From Octopus sinensis (Eukaryota), in the NCBI RefSeq assembly GCF_006345805.1, contig NC_043015.1, positions 34,782,001-34,846,000 on the forward strand: a stretch of 64,000 bases of DNA, given 5' to 3'. Positions within the stretch are counted from its first letter, which is position 1. The number at the start of each line of letters is the position of its first letter. The translations under genes were made by a program, and so were the position numbers. Positions 26,601-40,404 of the stretch are shown one piece after another. Under the pieces are notes generated by a model that had not been told where the DNA came from, searched no databases, and saw only the letters and a program-made list of their open reading frames with translations.

Positions 26601-26814
26601 ATAGATGAATAAGTCTCTGTGTGTGTGTGTGCGCGCGCATCAGCGTGTGTATATGTATGCGTATAAGGCTATATGTATGCGTATAAGGATATATGTATGC
26701 GTATAAGGAATTTGATTAGGGCGTCAGAGTGGTTTAAAAAAGGGATGTAAAAGATAATTTCTTTTAATGGGATACTTTTCTGTTAGTAAATGTTTTTCTT
26801 ACACACACACACTA

Positions 26815-26848
<34 letters not shown>

Positions 26849-27485
26849 ACATACACACACATACACACACATACACGAACACGGATACGCTTGGTGCAGG
26901 GTGGAGTTTAGAAATTTAGACTACAAATCATTTTGTTGCTTAAATCTCAGCAATGGACCACCACATCATCATTCCATAAAATTTGTTTATGTGGAGAAAA
27001 ATATTGAAAGAAAATCAATATGTCGGTGCCCCAGCATGGCCACAGCTCGTGAGCTGAAACTAGATGAAAAATAAACATGTCAGAGGGACAAAAAACGAGT
27101 ATAGTACCAAGTGGTCGTAGGATGTGCTAGAAACAACAGTAAATCCCCCTTACAACACATCTTTTCATCTGAAAATTATTTTAAATCCATAAACATTCGA
27201 ACTGACGGTATTTTAAAACTGATTTATAAAAAAAAAAGTATTTTTAAGCCAAAATGTTAGGATTTATGGTGGGAATGGTGGTTAATGAAAATTTATTATT
27301 TTTAAATTACGCCTCATTTTCTGTTTGAAAGTAAAAAAAGTAGGGATTATAATCGCTGATTTCTAAAAGAAATTTTTATTTATCCTTTCAAGGTTTCTTT
27401 CATCCGTATAAAGTGCGTTGGAGGAGGGGGGGTTGAAAGAATTCATACATTTATCAAAGGTGTCTTGCATTGTTTTTAAGCGCGT

Positions 27486-27527
<42 letters not shown>

Positions 27528-27559
27528 AATATATATATATATACATTTTCATTTCATTT

Positions 27560-27623
<64 letters not shown>

Positions 27624-27680
27624 GTATATATATATATATTCATATAAAACGAAGAACACGCACACAAACACACATATATA

Positions 27681-28053
27681 GGCGTAGGAGTGGCTGTGTG
27701 GTAAGTATCTTGCTTACCAAGTACATTGTTTCGGGTTCAGCCTCACTGCATGGCACCTTGGGCAAGTGTCTTCTACTATAGCTTCGGGCTGGCCAAAGCC
27801 TTGAGTGGATTTGGTAGACGGAAACTGAAAGAAGCCCGTCGTATGAGTGTGTGTGTGTGTGTGTGTGTCCATCATCGCTTGACAACCGATGTTGGTGTGT
27901 TTACGTTCCCGTAACTAAGTGGTTCGGTAAAAAGTGACCGATAGAATAAGTACTAGGCTTACAAAGAATAAGTCCTAGGATAGATTTATTCGACTAAAGT
28001 CGGTGCTCCAGCACGGCCGCACTCAAATGACTGAAACCAATAAAAGAATAAAA
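27681..28053 (+). mobile_element. Full-length tRNA-derived SINE (family A, octopod-type)
   Basis: ggcgtaggagtggctgtgtggtaag (A box), gggttcagcc (B-box-like), internal (TG)n, aaaagaataaaa tail. Confidence 0.85.
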
Positions 28054-28291
28054 ATGGGTCCGGGGAGGAGGGATTAATGAATTTTCAAAAACACTTTTTT
28101 CACGAAAAAAAAATCATTTGCAAAACTGTAAGTGAAAAGAAATCGAAAAATCTACGTCAAAACAACAAAACCCAACTTATGTGGGTGTGCCGTTCGGAAA
28201 GTTCCTCAAAAATTGTCCGGCAACGAAGGGACACTCATACTCAACAAGTGGAGGGAGGGAGGGGGGAGGGAGGGAGAGAGAGAGAGAATGA

Positions 28292-28328
<37 letters not shown>

Positions 28329-28369
28329 ATGAAGAGATAGAGACAGAGAGAGAGAGAGAGAGAGAATGA

Positions 28370-28406
<37 letters not shown>

Positions 28407-28651
28407 TCGTCAATACATCATATATTCGAAAAAGAAGCACACATAATCCAATGGTTTCGTATCTACAAAGGCCTGAACTCCGTGAAGATCTCGTCAGAGT
28501 CTAAAGCCGAAGACAAATATATTTGTCTTCACCTCTGTGACGACTATAATAGTTTTACGACTACAACTAATCTCCCTTTCTCTGTCTTGTCGCCTGTCTC
28601 CCTCCCCGTCTCACTGTTACCATCATATCCCTCTATTTCCCCATATATACG

Positions 28652-28716
<65 letters not shown>

Positions 28717-29142
28717 GTACGTATATATGTGTATATATATATATACATATATATATATATTAGGTTGAAAAACATTTTTTTATATAGAAAAGATTGAGGT
28801 GGAAATAAAGTAAATCTAATTTATTTCAATTTAAGAAGGAATTCAATAAAAATGATTTTAAAAAATATATTTAAAAAACCGGAAATGTTTTCTTTATTTA
28901 ATTTATAAAATTATTTTTATTAAATTCCTTCTTCAATTGAAATAAATTAGATTTTCTTCTCTGCTACTTCCGCCTCCTTTTCACATATGTGTGTGTGTGT
29001 GTATGTATATGTATATATGTGTGTGTGTATGTATGTATGTGTGTGTGTGTGTGTGTGTGTATGTATATGTATATATGTGTGTGTGTATGTATGTATGTGT
29101 GTGTGTGTGTGTGTGTGTGTATGAATGGATTTATGTATGTAC

Positions 29143-29175
<33 letters not shown>

Positions 29176-29529
29176 TATGTATATGTGTGTGTATGTATGT
29201 GTGTGTGTGTATGAATGGATTTATGTGTGTATGGATAACGTTATGCTGAAAACATCAGTATATTAAAAACATTGGGTTGAATAAGAAATAACATATGGAA
29301 ACCAAATTTTTATCTTGAAAAAGAGATTATCCAAATCTTAATAATTGGGAAATGTTCTCAGGACGAGAAAAGCCTTAAAATTGACAAAATTCTGTTCTTT
29401 TAATTCCGAGAAAAAGAGAAAAAAAAAAGTATGATACAAGGGAGGTAATTGAATACCGGTGAAAATATTTTCCTATCGCCTTAGAAAATAAATCCATCTT
29501 TGTTTTTTTTATATATCTTTCCTTTCCTT

Positions 29530-29990
29530 TTAGGTGCCATGTCCAGAATGCAGGACATAGGCGATCCCTATCCTGCCACAGTTCTCTCTCTTCTTTCTTT
29601 TCTGTAACAGTTCCACTTTCTTGTGTTTGATGCCTCTTTCTTCCAACCAGTTCATCAACCTTGACATCCATATTATTCTTCTCCTTCTCCTGCACCTTAT
29701 CCCTTCTATCTTTCTGGTCCCGGCCATTCCTAAATTCTCCAGGCCTTCTTTCCTCATCACAGGACCCAAAAATCTGTTGTTTGACCAATATCTCACGAAG
29801 CAACCTGGGTCATTATTACTCACGAGATACTTTGTCCATGCTATCCTTAATATTCTCCTTAAGAACCACATTTCACAGCTCTCGAAGTACCTTTTCATTT
29901 CTGATTTTATATAGACCATACCTCACTTGCATTCATTAACACAGGGTAGAAATAGCAGTTCAATATACAGATCCTGGTCTTGATACTCAG
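29530..29990 (-). mobile_element. RTE-clade LINE 3' ORF fragment
   Basis: CEMWFLRRILRIAWT, FLGPVMRKEGLENL, KIEGIR.R.R.R..W. Confidence 0.8.
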
Positions 29991-30057
29991 AGAACAGGTT
30001 CTCAAGATATTATAACTGGTGGCCATCGTTGACCAAGTTACTGGTGGGGTATCTTGT

Positions 30058-30805
30058 CATCATCATCATCATCGACGTCGTCGTTTAACGTCCGCTTTCC
30101 ATGCTAGCATGGGTTGGATGATAGCTGCACCAGGCTCCAATCTGATCTGGAAGAGTTTCTTCAGCTGGATGCCCTTCCTAAAGCCAACCACTCCGAGAGT
30201 GTAGCGGGTGCTTTTACGTGTCACCAGTACAAGGGCCAGTCAGGTGGTACTGGCAACAGCCACACTCAAGTGGTGTTTTTTACGTGCCACCTGCACAGGA
30301 GCCAGTCCAGCGGCACTGGCAACAACCTTGCTCGAATGCTTTTTACATGCCACTGGCACAAGTGCCAGTAAGGTGACACTGGTAATGATCACGTTTGAAT
30401 GGTGCTTTTTACGTTCCACCGGCATGGAAGCCAGTCAGCCGCTCTGCCAGCGATCACGCTCAAATGGTGCTCTTAGTGCTCCACTGGCATGGATGCCAGT
30501 CATCAAATTTGCGAATTTGGTTTGATTTCGATTTCACTCGCCTCAACAGGTCTTCGTAAGCAGACCAATGAAGGAAAGGTTTGCATAATTCGGCTGGTTA
30601 CACCCCTGGCATAGGCCATGGGTTATAGTCTCACTTGGCTTGCCAGATCTTCTCAAGCACTGCATATTTCCAAAGGTCTCGGTCACTAGTCATTGCCTCG
30701 GTGAGGCCTAATGTTTGAAGGTCGTGCTTCACCACCTCATCCCAGGTCTTCCTGGGTCTGCCTCTTCCACAGGTTCCCTCAACCACTAGGGTGTGGCACT
30801 TTTTC
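30058..30805 (-). mobile_element. 3' end of octopod RTE LINE with (GAT)n tail
   Basis: KKCHTLVVEGTCGRGRPRKTWDEVVKHDLQTLGLTEAMTSDRDLWKYAVLEK, then a UTR with ~60-bp ggtgcttttacgtgccac repeats and a (GAT)n tail. Confidence 0.9.
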
Positions 30806-31164
30806 AACAATGAGTTTTGGTTTCATTATGTCCCTGTAACTTAGCAGTTCAGCTATAGAGACCAATAGAATAAATGCCAAACTTAACAGAAAAAGAAATA
30901 CTGGGGACAATTTGTTAAACTAAAACCCTTCAATGTGGTACTCCAGTAAGGCCACCATACAGTGACTGGAACAAAGTAAAAAGATAAAATGATATAAAAT
31001 TGACAATTTTGTATTTATATATATGTATTTTTGTTATCTTGCCATGTGAAAATGATGTGCTGCCATTTTAAATCCAGTGATAAATATCTCGGGTAGAGTG
31101 GAGTTTGGGAGATATATTAATTAAAGTATAAAAGTATAAAAAGTCTGAGAAGAAACAAATGTTC

Positions 31165-31410
31165 ATGATGATGATGATGATGATCATCATCATCATCATC
31201 ATCATCATCATTTAGCATCTGTTTTCCATGCTGGAATGGGTTGAATGGTTTGACTGAAAACTGGTAAGCTGGAGAGTAGTACCAGGCTCCAATCTGATTT
31301 CACTTGGTTTCTACAGCTCGATGCCATTCCTAATGCCAACCACTCCAAGAGTGGGTGTCCTTTATGTGTCACTGGCATGGGTGCCTTTTACATGTCACCA
31401 GTACTGGCCT
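31165..31410 (-). mobile_element. RTE 3'-UTR/tail fragment
   Basis: Homologous to 30058-30250; (CAT)n on the plus strand. Confidence 0.75.
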
Positions 31411-32088
31411 TGACCGATCACTTGCTTCCATGAGACCCAACATCTGAAGCAAAGAGCACATTGATTTCCATTGTTAATCCCTTGGTCTAACAAAGTCAGA
31501 GTGTATAGACAGGGATTACTCTTGAAAAGTTAGTTACTCCTCCCTACATTAATGTTTCCTTCTCCACATAGCCAGGTCACTATTCTCCTTACTGTAAGGT
31601 CACCATCATCACCCAATAAAATGTTACTCAGCATTTTCTAATAATGATAGTGAAAGAAACGGGTGAAGTTGTCAACGTATTGATGTTAAAATGATGGTGA
31701 TTTAGTTGATTTTATTAAACGGAGGCCAGAGAGAGAGAGGGAGAATAAGTATCAGACTATCACACAATTTAAACACTGTTAGTTTATATAATGAGACAAT
31801 TTTATGGCCCTTTACATTGATTACCTTGATTACTTATTGATTATTTGTCATCTGATTATTTTTTTATTTGTTTTCTGGATATTTTATTTTTTTTTATTCA
31901 AGAAAATAAGTTTTTTTGTTAATCGTGATCAAACATGTATTTTCCTGATTGCTAACTCTTTGTCTATGCATGTGTATGTCTGTATAAATATATAATACCA
32001 ACCTACCATATACATATATGTATATGTGTATATATATATATAGATATCTGTATATATATCTATATCTCTCTATCTCTCTATCTATCTA

Positions 32089-32131
<43 letters not shown>

Positions 32132-32989
32132 GCACATATACACCCACATATACGTGTATAAATATATATATATGCGTGTGTGTGTGTGTCTATATATATA
32201 TATTCACATATATGTGTGTGTGTGTTATATGTATGTAGGCTTGTGTGCATATATATGTGCATGCATATATGTATGTGTATTTTTGCATGTATGAATGAAT
32301 CAGTATAGCAGAGCACCATTCATGCACTCATAAATCATTTAATTGTCCTGTTGTATGATTGATCAGTGAACAAACTAACATGATTGTTTTCAAAGATGAT
32401 ATTGGTTAGTTGCTTATATCAAACTGTTTAATGTCGGTGCACCAACAAACAATGGCTGCCAGATTTGATTTTTCTCTTGAAAGGAAACACAAATATAACT
32501 GCTTCTAATTTAACACTAGTAAGGAGGGAGTGCTACATCCACCCTACAACCCCCCTACATACACCACACACTCAGTTGTGCAATCACAACTGATCTTAAC
32601 ACAGGCTTCAACATGTCCAACAATCACTTTTCCAGCTGTTGTCAGCACTTCTTCCTTTCATTTTTGCTCAAATCCATTTCCAAGTCATAAATTGTTGGAT
32701 AAAACTTATATAAAATATCCAAACTGACCAACTTCATTCCTAATTATTTAACATAATTATTCAACACAATTAGTACAATATATATTTATAATGAATTATC
32801 ATTGAAACAATGTTTTTCAAAAAACAATTTTCAAGAGTATGAGAGTTGCACTGAAAGTAATGCAGAAGTAGGCAAATCCTTTTTATTAACTGGTATAAAC
32901 TGTAAAAACTGAACATGCAAATAAAACATTTCTTCTTCTTTGGTACCTCTTTTCCTTGTTTTATTTCATTGCAGGCTGATAATAGGTTC

Positions 32990-33880
32990 CAAGCTGAAGC
33001 AACATACTGTTATTGAGTTCTTGCCAAAGGGGAGGTGCATGCTGTTGGACATCCACGAAAGGTTGTTTCCAGAGATGACACCATTGACAATAGCAATATG
33101 CAAAGATCGATGATGAAGTTTAAAGAAGGAAAATCAGCACTGAAGACAAACCATGTGGTGGCGAACCATCAACTGCAATCACTCACATGAATCACGAGCA
33201 AATGGACAGATTGATTTGTGCAGAAAGCTGAGTCACAACTGTTCCACAGCTGGTTGCACAACTGGTCTGTGGTTACAATGCATGACAGGAAATGATAGAA
33301 GGCTTTCGGTATTGGAAAGTGTGGACAAAGCAGCTGTCCCCCAATTTGAAAGATAGAAGTCTACTCTGATCTGCTGGAAGCATTTAAAGCCAACAAAAAC
33401 ACATTATTTTCTGATCTGGTAATAACTAATGAAATGTGGACAGATCTTTATGATTGGGAAATGAAGGGATCTGTCCAAAGAATGGAATCACCTCTTTTTC
33501 AAGACCTAAAAAGTTCAATAGCTAGGCATCAGCTCAGAAAGTCATGTTGACTTATGTGGGATGACAAGGGCTTCTTTCTCTTTGATTTTCTGGAAGGTGT
33601 TTGTATCTTTAACAGTGAGTGGTACATAAAAAACAGAGACATTAAAATATTTCGGAAGAGAGCAAACAAGAACCAAGAAACAATTCACATTCACCATGAC
33701 AACACATCTTTGACAACAAATCAGGCAATTGGCAAATTGGGCTGGTCAGTGTTTCCCCCTCCACTCGACAGCTTGGATCTGGTGCCCTCTAATTTTTACC
33801 CCTTTGGTTCAACGGAGGACAGTCTTCAAGGACAATGATTTGAGGACATTGACAAGGTGATACCTGCCATTATGCCTCTA
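32990..33880 (+). mobile_element. mariner transposase remnant
   Basis: HHDN, KLGWSVFPPPLDSLDLVPSNFYPFG (HPPYSPDLAPSDF-like), KVML..WDDKG. Confidence 0.8.
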
Positions 33881-35275
33881 AGCCTTTCATGCTCCTGCGG
33901 CACTCACCCACTCTTCCTCCAATTCCTCTCTCCCTCCTCACTACTACCCATATAGGGTGCATTCACACTCTTCTCTTCTTCCTTCTACCCCCATCACACC
34001 CTCCAGTGTCTCCTTTTTTTCTCTTACTCCTATCTCCTTCGTGGCTTCTCTGCCTCCTCAACTCCCTTCTCATTTTCCATCCCTGATGTACTCCAATGAA
34101 CTCCCATATCTCTCTTTCCATCAATGATTGACTTCAGATTCCTCATCACCCTAGTCCGTTACTCCCCCCCTTCCCCTTTCACTCACATTTCCTGTCCATA
34201 CTCGACACTTATGGTATTGGATAACCCTAAAACCGTCCCCTTACAAACCCACTCTGTCACATTTTAACTCCATCCCTTCTCAATAAAAGCTGTTACTAAT
34301 TCCTTCCTTCGCTCGTTTTCCCTGCCACACTTCCCCATCCTCTCCTCTTTCTTACCATCCCACATTCTTCGGTTATAGGGGTTACTTTAGGCCCTTACAT
34401 CTTGCAAGATACAAGGCTGTCATCACTAGTGCTAATAAAAAAGCACCCAGCACACTCTGTAAAGTGATTGGTGCTAGGAAGGGCATCAAGCCACAGAACC
34501 ATTGCTGACTCAGTACTTTGACTCACCAGAATCTGTCAAACTGTCCAACCCATGCAAAAAAAACAACCCAGTCTGGCACTTATTCCATTGCATTTTTCAC
34601 CAAACTGCTAAGTTATGTGGACATAAATAAACCAGTACCTCTTGTCAAGCATTTGTAGGAAATAAACACAAAGATGTTTACAAATACATACATACGCATA
34701 TATCATCATCATTTTAATGGAAAAATGAATGTTAGAATGATGATGATGATGATGATGATATATGATGGGCTTCCATTCAATATCCACCCACCAGATCCTC
34801 TCAGAGGGTGTTTGTCAGTCTAAGTCTATAGTAGCTGATTTTTATGTTACACATTGTATTATACACAGGACAATACATCCAACGCTGTATACTACACACT
34901 GTATTATACAGTGCTATTCATTATATTATGCACACTACTATACTCTACTGTATAAGATTCCTAAGCTTAGTCCATTTGGCTCTAAATAGGAACCATAAGT
35001 AGATATATGTTACCAATGCGATTAAAAATTTAAAGGTTTTATGTTATAAAAGTATGAAAAAATGTACAGTATATATGATAAGTTAGTTGTTAAGAATTTT
35101 TATAATTTATTAATTTGTAAGGTAAAAGATGGTTTTAAAATATTGATATTGGTTTCAAATTTTGGCACTAGGCTATTATTTTCTGGGGAGCAGACAAGTC
35201 AATTACATTGCATTAGTGTCAAATTAATAACAGTCAATTAATTACCCACCTACCTACCTAAAACCCACCCACATA

Positions 35276-35613
35276 CGCCAGCCTCGGCTGGCCCCCGTGT
35301 CGGTGGCATGTAAAAGCACCATCCGTTCGTGTTCGTTGCCAGCCTCAGCTGGCCCCCGTGCCGGTGACACGTAAAAGCACCGTCCGTTCGTGGCCGTTTG
35401 CCAGCTCTGTCTGGCACCTGTGCAGGTGGCACGTAAAAAACACCCACTACACTCGCGGAGTGGTTGGCGTTAGGAAGGGCATCCAGCCGTAGAAACACTG
35501 CCAAATCTGACTGGGCCTGATGAAGCCTTCCGGCTTCACAGACCCCAGTTAAACCGTCCAACCCATGCTAGCATGGAAAACGGATGCTAAATGATGATGA
35601 TGATGATGATGAT
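35276..35613 (+). mobile_element. RTE 3'-UTR/tail fragment with tandem ~60-bp units and (GAT)n tail
   Basis: ggcacgtaaaagcacc repeats; ggcgttaggaagggcatccagc; ccaacccatgctagcatggaaa..(gat)n. Confidence 0.85.
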
Positions 35614-36714
35614 ACATACATACATACATACATACATACATACATACATACATGCATGCATGCATGCATGCATGAATACATACATACATACATACATGCA
35701 TACATGCATATATACATACATACATGCACACATGCATACATACATACATACATATAATGATAATACTTGTATAGAGAGGTATCTGAATAGAATACAAGGT
35801 AGGCAACGATAAAATCTGTATAGTCATAATGTCTGTACGCAGTAACAATATTTATGTATACAATGATTATAGCTGTAGAGAAAGATGTTGCTGAGGAACA
35901 GTAATCTGTATATGATGGTTATATATGTAATGGTAATATATTCCATTCTAATAAGGGTAAATATTGTTGATGTTATGATCCTGTTTCTTAGGAATTGAAC
36001 CAGTTTTTGATTCTCAAAAGAAATCTTTAATCCCATCTCACATCATTGACAACAACAACAACAACAAAGGGCAGATGAACTCAGTGTCAACAGCCATCCA
36101 ACTATATGTCAGGTCACTCATTGGGCTATTGGCAAAATGAAATTCAATACAACCTATTTTATCGTCAGGCTAGCAGCAATTAAATTGGCAGCCCTACCAA
36201 GCACTTGCCTGGTAAGGAGGGTGGATTTTGTTGGATGAAAAACATAACCTGTAAAAGTGTGGATGATATCAATAGATTCAATGGCCATCCAACTATATGA
36301 GTGGTAGATAGTGGAGGTAGCGATCAGTGCATGATAACCAGCTTAAATGAGGACAGAGAGGCCTCTCAAAAATCTTTGTTGACAACCTGTCTAGTGATGG
36401 TAACACGATATAATTACTGGCTGGTGGTAACCTTAAACACATCAGTTAAGAGAGAAATGTTAATAATGTGAAGTAATCCTAATGGTGTCAATGAGGCTGG
36501 AGCTTTTAGCAAAGATTTTGCATCCCAGGCCTTGTAATCGACAGCGAATGAGATTAAAATGGAGGACGAACAACAAATTGTGGTTTGAATGTTACAATAG
36601 AAGTAACTCGAAGAAAAGAGGCTGAAAAGGTTATTACAGCTCTGGAAAAATATGACCAATATGAAGAGCTGAAGGATGTGAGTGAACAAAGATTAGCCGA
36701 TCAGAATAGACAAA

Positions 36715-36895
36715 TTTCAAATTTTGGCACAAAGCCAATTTTAGGGGAGGGGTAAAGTCGACTCTATCGACCCCAATACTCAACTGGTACTTACTTTATT
36801 GACTTAAGATGAAAAGCAAAGTCAATCTCGGCAGAATTTGAACTCAGAATGTGAAGCCAGACGAAAGACCACTCAGTGTGCTGACGCTTCTGCCA
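36715..36895 (-). mobile_element. SINE family B
   Basis: Reverse complement matches the family B body. Confidence 0.7.
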
Positions 36896-37199
36896 TCTTG
36901 ACAACCTTAATCATAAAAGCACAAATTAAGAGCAAAGTGTGGTCAGAGAAGATGGAACAAGGGAATATTAGAATGGAAGTGATGAAGGGACTGCAGAGGA
37001 CTACTGGTCAAAAAGAAATACAGGTACAACTGGAAAATCGACAAAGCTGATGCATGGTGGGGGGATATCAACAATATATAGAAGACATTTATGGCACCTC
37101 CAACTAGAAAGTCACTGGAAAAAATTAGCCCAGAACTAGCAACTCTGTAAGAGAATTCTGGAAGAACTGTTATTTGAGTAAAGGAAAAAGTTATCATCA

Positions 37200-37500
37200 T
37201 TCTACTTCTTTCTCTATGCACACCAACATTACACATCCTAGCAAAGTATACTTGTTTCATTTCTTCCTAGTTTTCTCAAAAACTCTTCCTATTCAAGGCT
37301 CATGTTTTGTTGACCCTTTTCGTATCCCTTTTCGCATGCAAGAATCATGCAATCAGCATTCTGAAAGAGGAGCCCTTTTTTTACTAGCAAAAGTAATAGC
37401 TCCTTGAGCTTATTCCAATCCATCCTTATACTAGTTATTAAGCTTTCTAAGCAGCCATCTCCATTAAGATAACAGAAACTGTCGACTATTTCCTAGAGGT
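37200..37500 (-). mobile_element. Degenerate RTE LINE RT-thumb fragment
   Basis: GDGCLESLITSIRMDWNKLKELLLLLVKKGL...LRKLGRNETSIL..MCNVGVH resembles octopod RTE ORF (ESI.ARIRIAW.KFRELLPLL.TKGL...RKL.RNEASMLRWMCNV). Confidence 0.65.
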
Positions 37501-37894
37501 TGTCAAATCTAAGGGAATTTATTTCCCTAAATGCTCTTAGTGTTTGTAAGCCCTATAACCTATTACATACAAAAGTCACTTTTTTTTAAAAACCTGTCTG
37601 TGTTTCTACTGCATCTGTTGTGCCTCCATTGTTTACATTTGTACATTACTGCACATGCTTTATACGCACTTTTGACAAGTTGTGGTGCACCTGAGCACTG
37701 TATACAATAATTTCATTATTATTATTATTATTAGTGGAATTTTACGTTCTGAGTTCAAATTCTACCAAGGTCGACTTTGCCTTTCAATCTTTTGGGGTCA
37801 AGAAAATAAGTATCAGTGGAGCAGTAGGGTTGCTGTAATCAACTTACCCCTACCCCAAAATTGCTGGTCTTGTGCCAAAATTTGAAAGCATTAA

Positions 37895-38340
37895 TATTAT
37901 TATTATTGAGTGAGAGAGCAATTCATGCCATCAAAGTGACATTGGGGTAAAATATACGAAGCCCAATATACCCATCAGGACTACCCGTCTGATAAGGGTA
38001 CACCAGGCACATGCATCACATGGTGACCTCATATCAAGATAAACAACACATGACCTTGCAGGTGGGGCCCAGTTAGAATTTTCTTCAGGTTGAGTAGCCC
38101 ATCCCGCTCAAAGGATCCCTGAATAAGGGTTGTTTAAGGATGTTGAAAGAACCACCCATGTTTCCATAGGTGAATTATTCAAACCCCAAAGAATTCCTTT
38201 CAGCACATGGCTATGATGCTCCCCCACTACTTATGCTCGTGATCAGAGATACACATATCGTCAGCCACTAAGGGATGTGCTCAACTGGTTAAGGTCAAAC
38301 AACTGACAAGCAAATCTGTGGTATTGAGCAGAATATTACT
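37895..38340 (-). mobile_element. SINE/LINE-tail family with (AAT)n tail
   Basis: Non-coding body ending in (ATT)n on the plus strand; family assignment from recall of octopod repeats. Confidence 0.5.
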
Positions 38341-38382
38341 GCCTGGTACTGCATCAGGGCATTTATACTACATTATTATTAT

Positions 38383-38424
<42 letters not shown>

Positions 38425-38469
38425 CAGCAGCAGCAGCAGTAGCAGTAGTAGTAGTAGTAGTAGTAGTAA

Positions 38470-38640
38470 GATAGCAAGCTGGCCGAAGATAGCATGCTGG
38501 GCAAAATGCTCATCAGTATTCCATCTGCCTTTAAATTCTGAGTTCAAATTCTGCCTGGTTCGACTTTGTGTTTCATCTTTTCAGGAGTTGACAAAAAGAA
38601 TATCAGTCAAGTACTGGGGTCGATGTAAAGTTGATTGGTA
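38470..38640 (+). mobile_element. SINE family B
   Basis: gcaagctggccgaagatagcatgctggg...ttctgagttcaaattctgcc...cgactttg. Confidence 0.7.
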
Positions 38641-39361
38641 TGTATAGAAGCTGGTTACATTGACACAGGTTAGATAAAAAAATAAATCAATATCAGTGTA
38701 TTTCGACTCTTGAATATATTTCTGATAATTATACAGAAGGAAGTAGAATCATAATTAACGATATAAAGATGGAATCATAAAGGAAGTTAAAAAGTATGTA
38801 GTAAAGTTCTACTTTTAATAGGTCAACTATTTTCCAGTGACACCGCACACAGCAAATCGACTCCGTTGCAGAGACTGGGAAATTACTTCTAAACAAAGCT
38901 ATTTTGAAAATATTTCGGATCTTCGAAGCCATAAAGTTTCCACACACAATAATTTACACTTTAAATTAGATTACATTTCAATTATAATGAAATACATGAT
39001 ATAGTTCGAGTACTTCTGAATCTGCAATTATATAACATTACGCAACGAAAACAAAGAGAGGATATATAAATATATACATACATATGTATATATATATGTA
39101 TATATATATGTGTATATGTGTGTGTGTGTGTGTATTTTCTCTACTTCCGTCACAAAAACGAGATCGTACGAAAATATAAAATATGCTGATTAAATAAAAA
39201 AACTTAGTGTAAACTTCATCATTTAAATGAATTTATTGTTTATAAATTTTCGAGACGTTATGAAAATATTATAAAACAAATTGCACCTAATTTATTTTGA
39301 ATTTGAAAAAGGCCAACTGCTAAAGAAATATATAGATATTATAAGCAGCGTCCGCTAAGCA

Positions 39362-39433
39362 GGTCTCATGGTGTAATGGTTAGCACTCTGGACTTTGAAT
39401 CCAGCGATCCGAGTTCAAATCTCGGTGAGACCT
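39362..39433 (+). tRNA. tRNA-Gln-TTG: tRNA-Gln (anticodon TTG)
   Basis: GGTCTCATGGTGTAATGGTTAGCACTCTGGACTTTGAATCCAGCGATCCGAGTTCAAATCTCGGTGAGACCT; intact cloverleaf, A/B boxes, downstream T-run. Confidence 0.98.
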
Positions 39434-39437
39434 TAAA

Positions 39438-39446
39438 TTTTTTTTC
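39438..39446 (+). terminator. Pol III oligo-T terminator of tRNA-Gln
   Basis: T-run immediately 3' of the gene. Confidence 0.8.
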
Positions 39447-39772
39447 TTTTTGCTCTGAACAAAAGACGATTTTTCGAGTAAATTATTATTCAATGTACTT
39501 TCTTCTCTGATTAATAATTATAAATCTTTGTTAGATTACGTGATATTGGTATTAATTACTGTATTAGTCATGTAATTATCGATATCTGTTCTGGCTACAG
39601 AGCAGGGTTGTGATTCCTCAAAATTGTATTCCAAATATAATTTATTTTTATTTTACGGTCTATAACACTAGCAAAAGAAATGAACACCACATTAGCAACT
39701 TGCATTTCGTAAATTTGTGACTTGGTACTGAAATATTCAAAATCATACAAATAAAAACAAAAATATGTCAGC

Positions 39773-39844
39773 CTCCCCGGCGGGGAATCGAACCCCGGTC
39801 TCCCGCGTGACAGGCGGGGATACTTACCACTATACTACCGAGGA
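39773..39844 (-). tRNA. tRNA-Asp-GTC: tRNA-Asp (anticodon GTC)
   Basis: TCCTCGGTAGTATAGTGGTAAGTATCCCCGCCTGTCACGCGGGAGACCGGGGTTCGATTCCCCGCCGGGGAG; intact cloverleaf; T5 run shortly downstream. Confidence 0.98.
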
Positions 39845-40404
39845 ACAGACATTTTTTTAGCGTCGTTATTAATGTATTTATTACGTGTTTCATCCCGCAA
39901 TTGTTCTTTGAAGTTGACTAAAAAGTGAGGCCAGGAGAATTGTAATTACGGAAAGATTCATGTTTTTACCGAGGTGGATGATATTAGCAAAAGCATGTCA
40001 CGGTCTGGTTTCCTGAAATATTCTCTTCGTTTTCAGTTAACAGCGCAGTTGTCTTCGATGCAAATATAAATACACTTCATCGATTCAGTTAATTTCTGTT
40101 AGTTAATTTAGGCGATTTAGCTTTAGATATTGAGCCAAAGAAAAAGCGACATTGGGTATCAAACCCTTTAAATTAAATTTAAAGTTGTTTGATAACCCTT
40201 AACTATTGCCTGTTAAAGCAAGAGTTACCAGAAGCCTGTCTTCACTAGTATTTTTATAATTGAGAAATTTATTTTCCGTCACAAAATCCAACACTGGTCA
40301 GAAAAATAATAAATCCGAGATATTTATTTTCTTTCATTTTTGGAACAAAGCTCGAAATCTGTCTGTACAAAATATGATCTTTGTGGCTATGATCAATGTC
40401 TACA

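Noticed and set aside
28447-28500. Minus-strand CUGACGA...GAAA motif
   Set aside because: No stem I pairing, and position 16.1 is A; probably chance
32945-32976. Strong splice acceptor ttttccttgttttatttcattgcag
   Set aside because: Lies at the 5' end of the mariner remnant; no host exon follows
35517-35540. CUGAUGA followed by an AGCC/GGCU hairpin
   Set aside because: No GAAA after the hairpin; lies in the RTE tail
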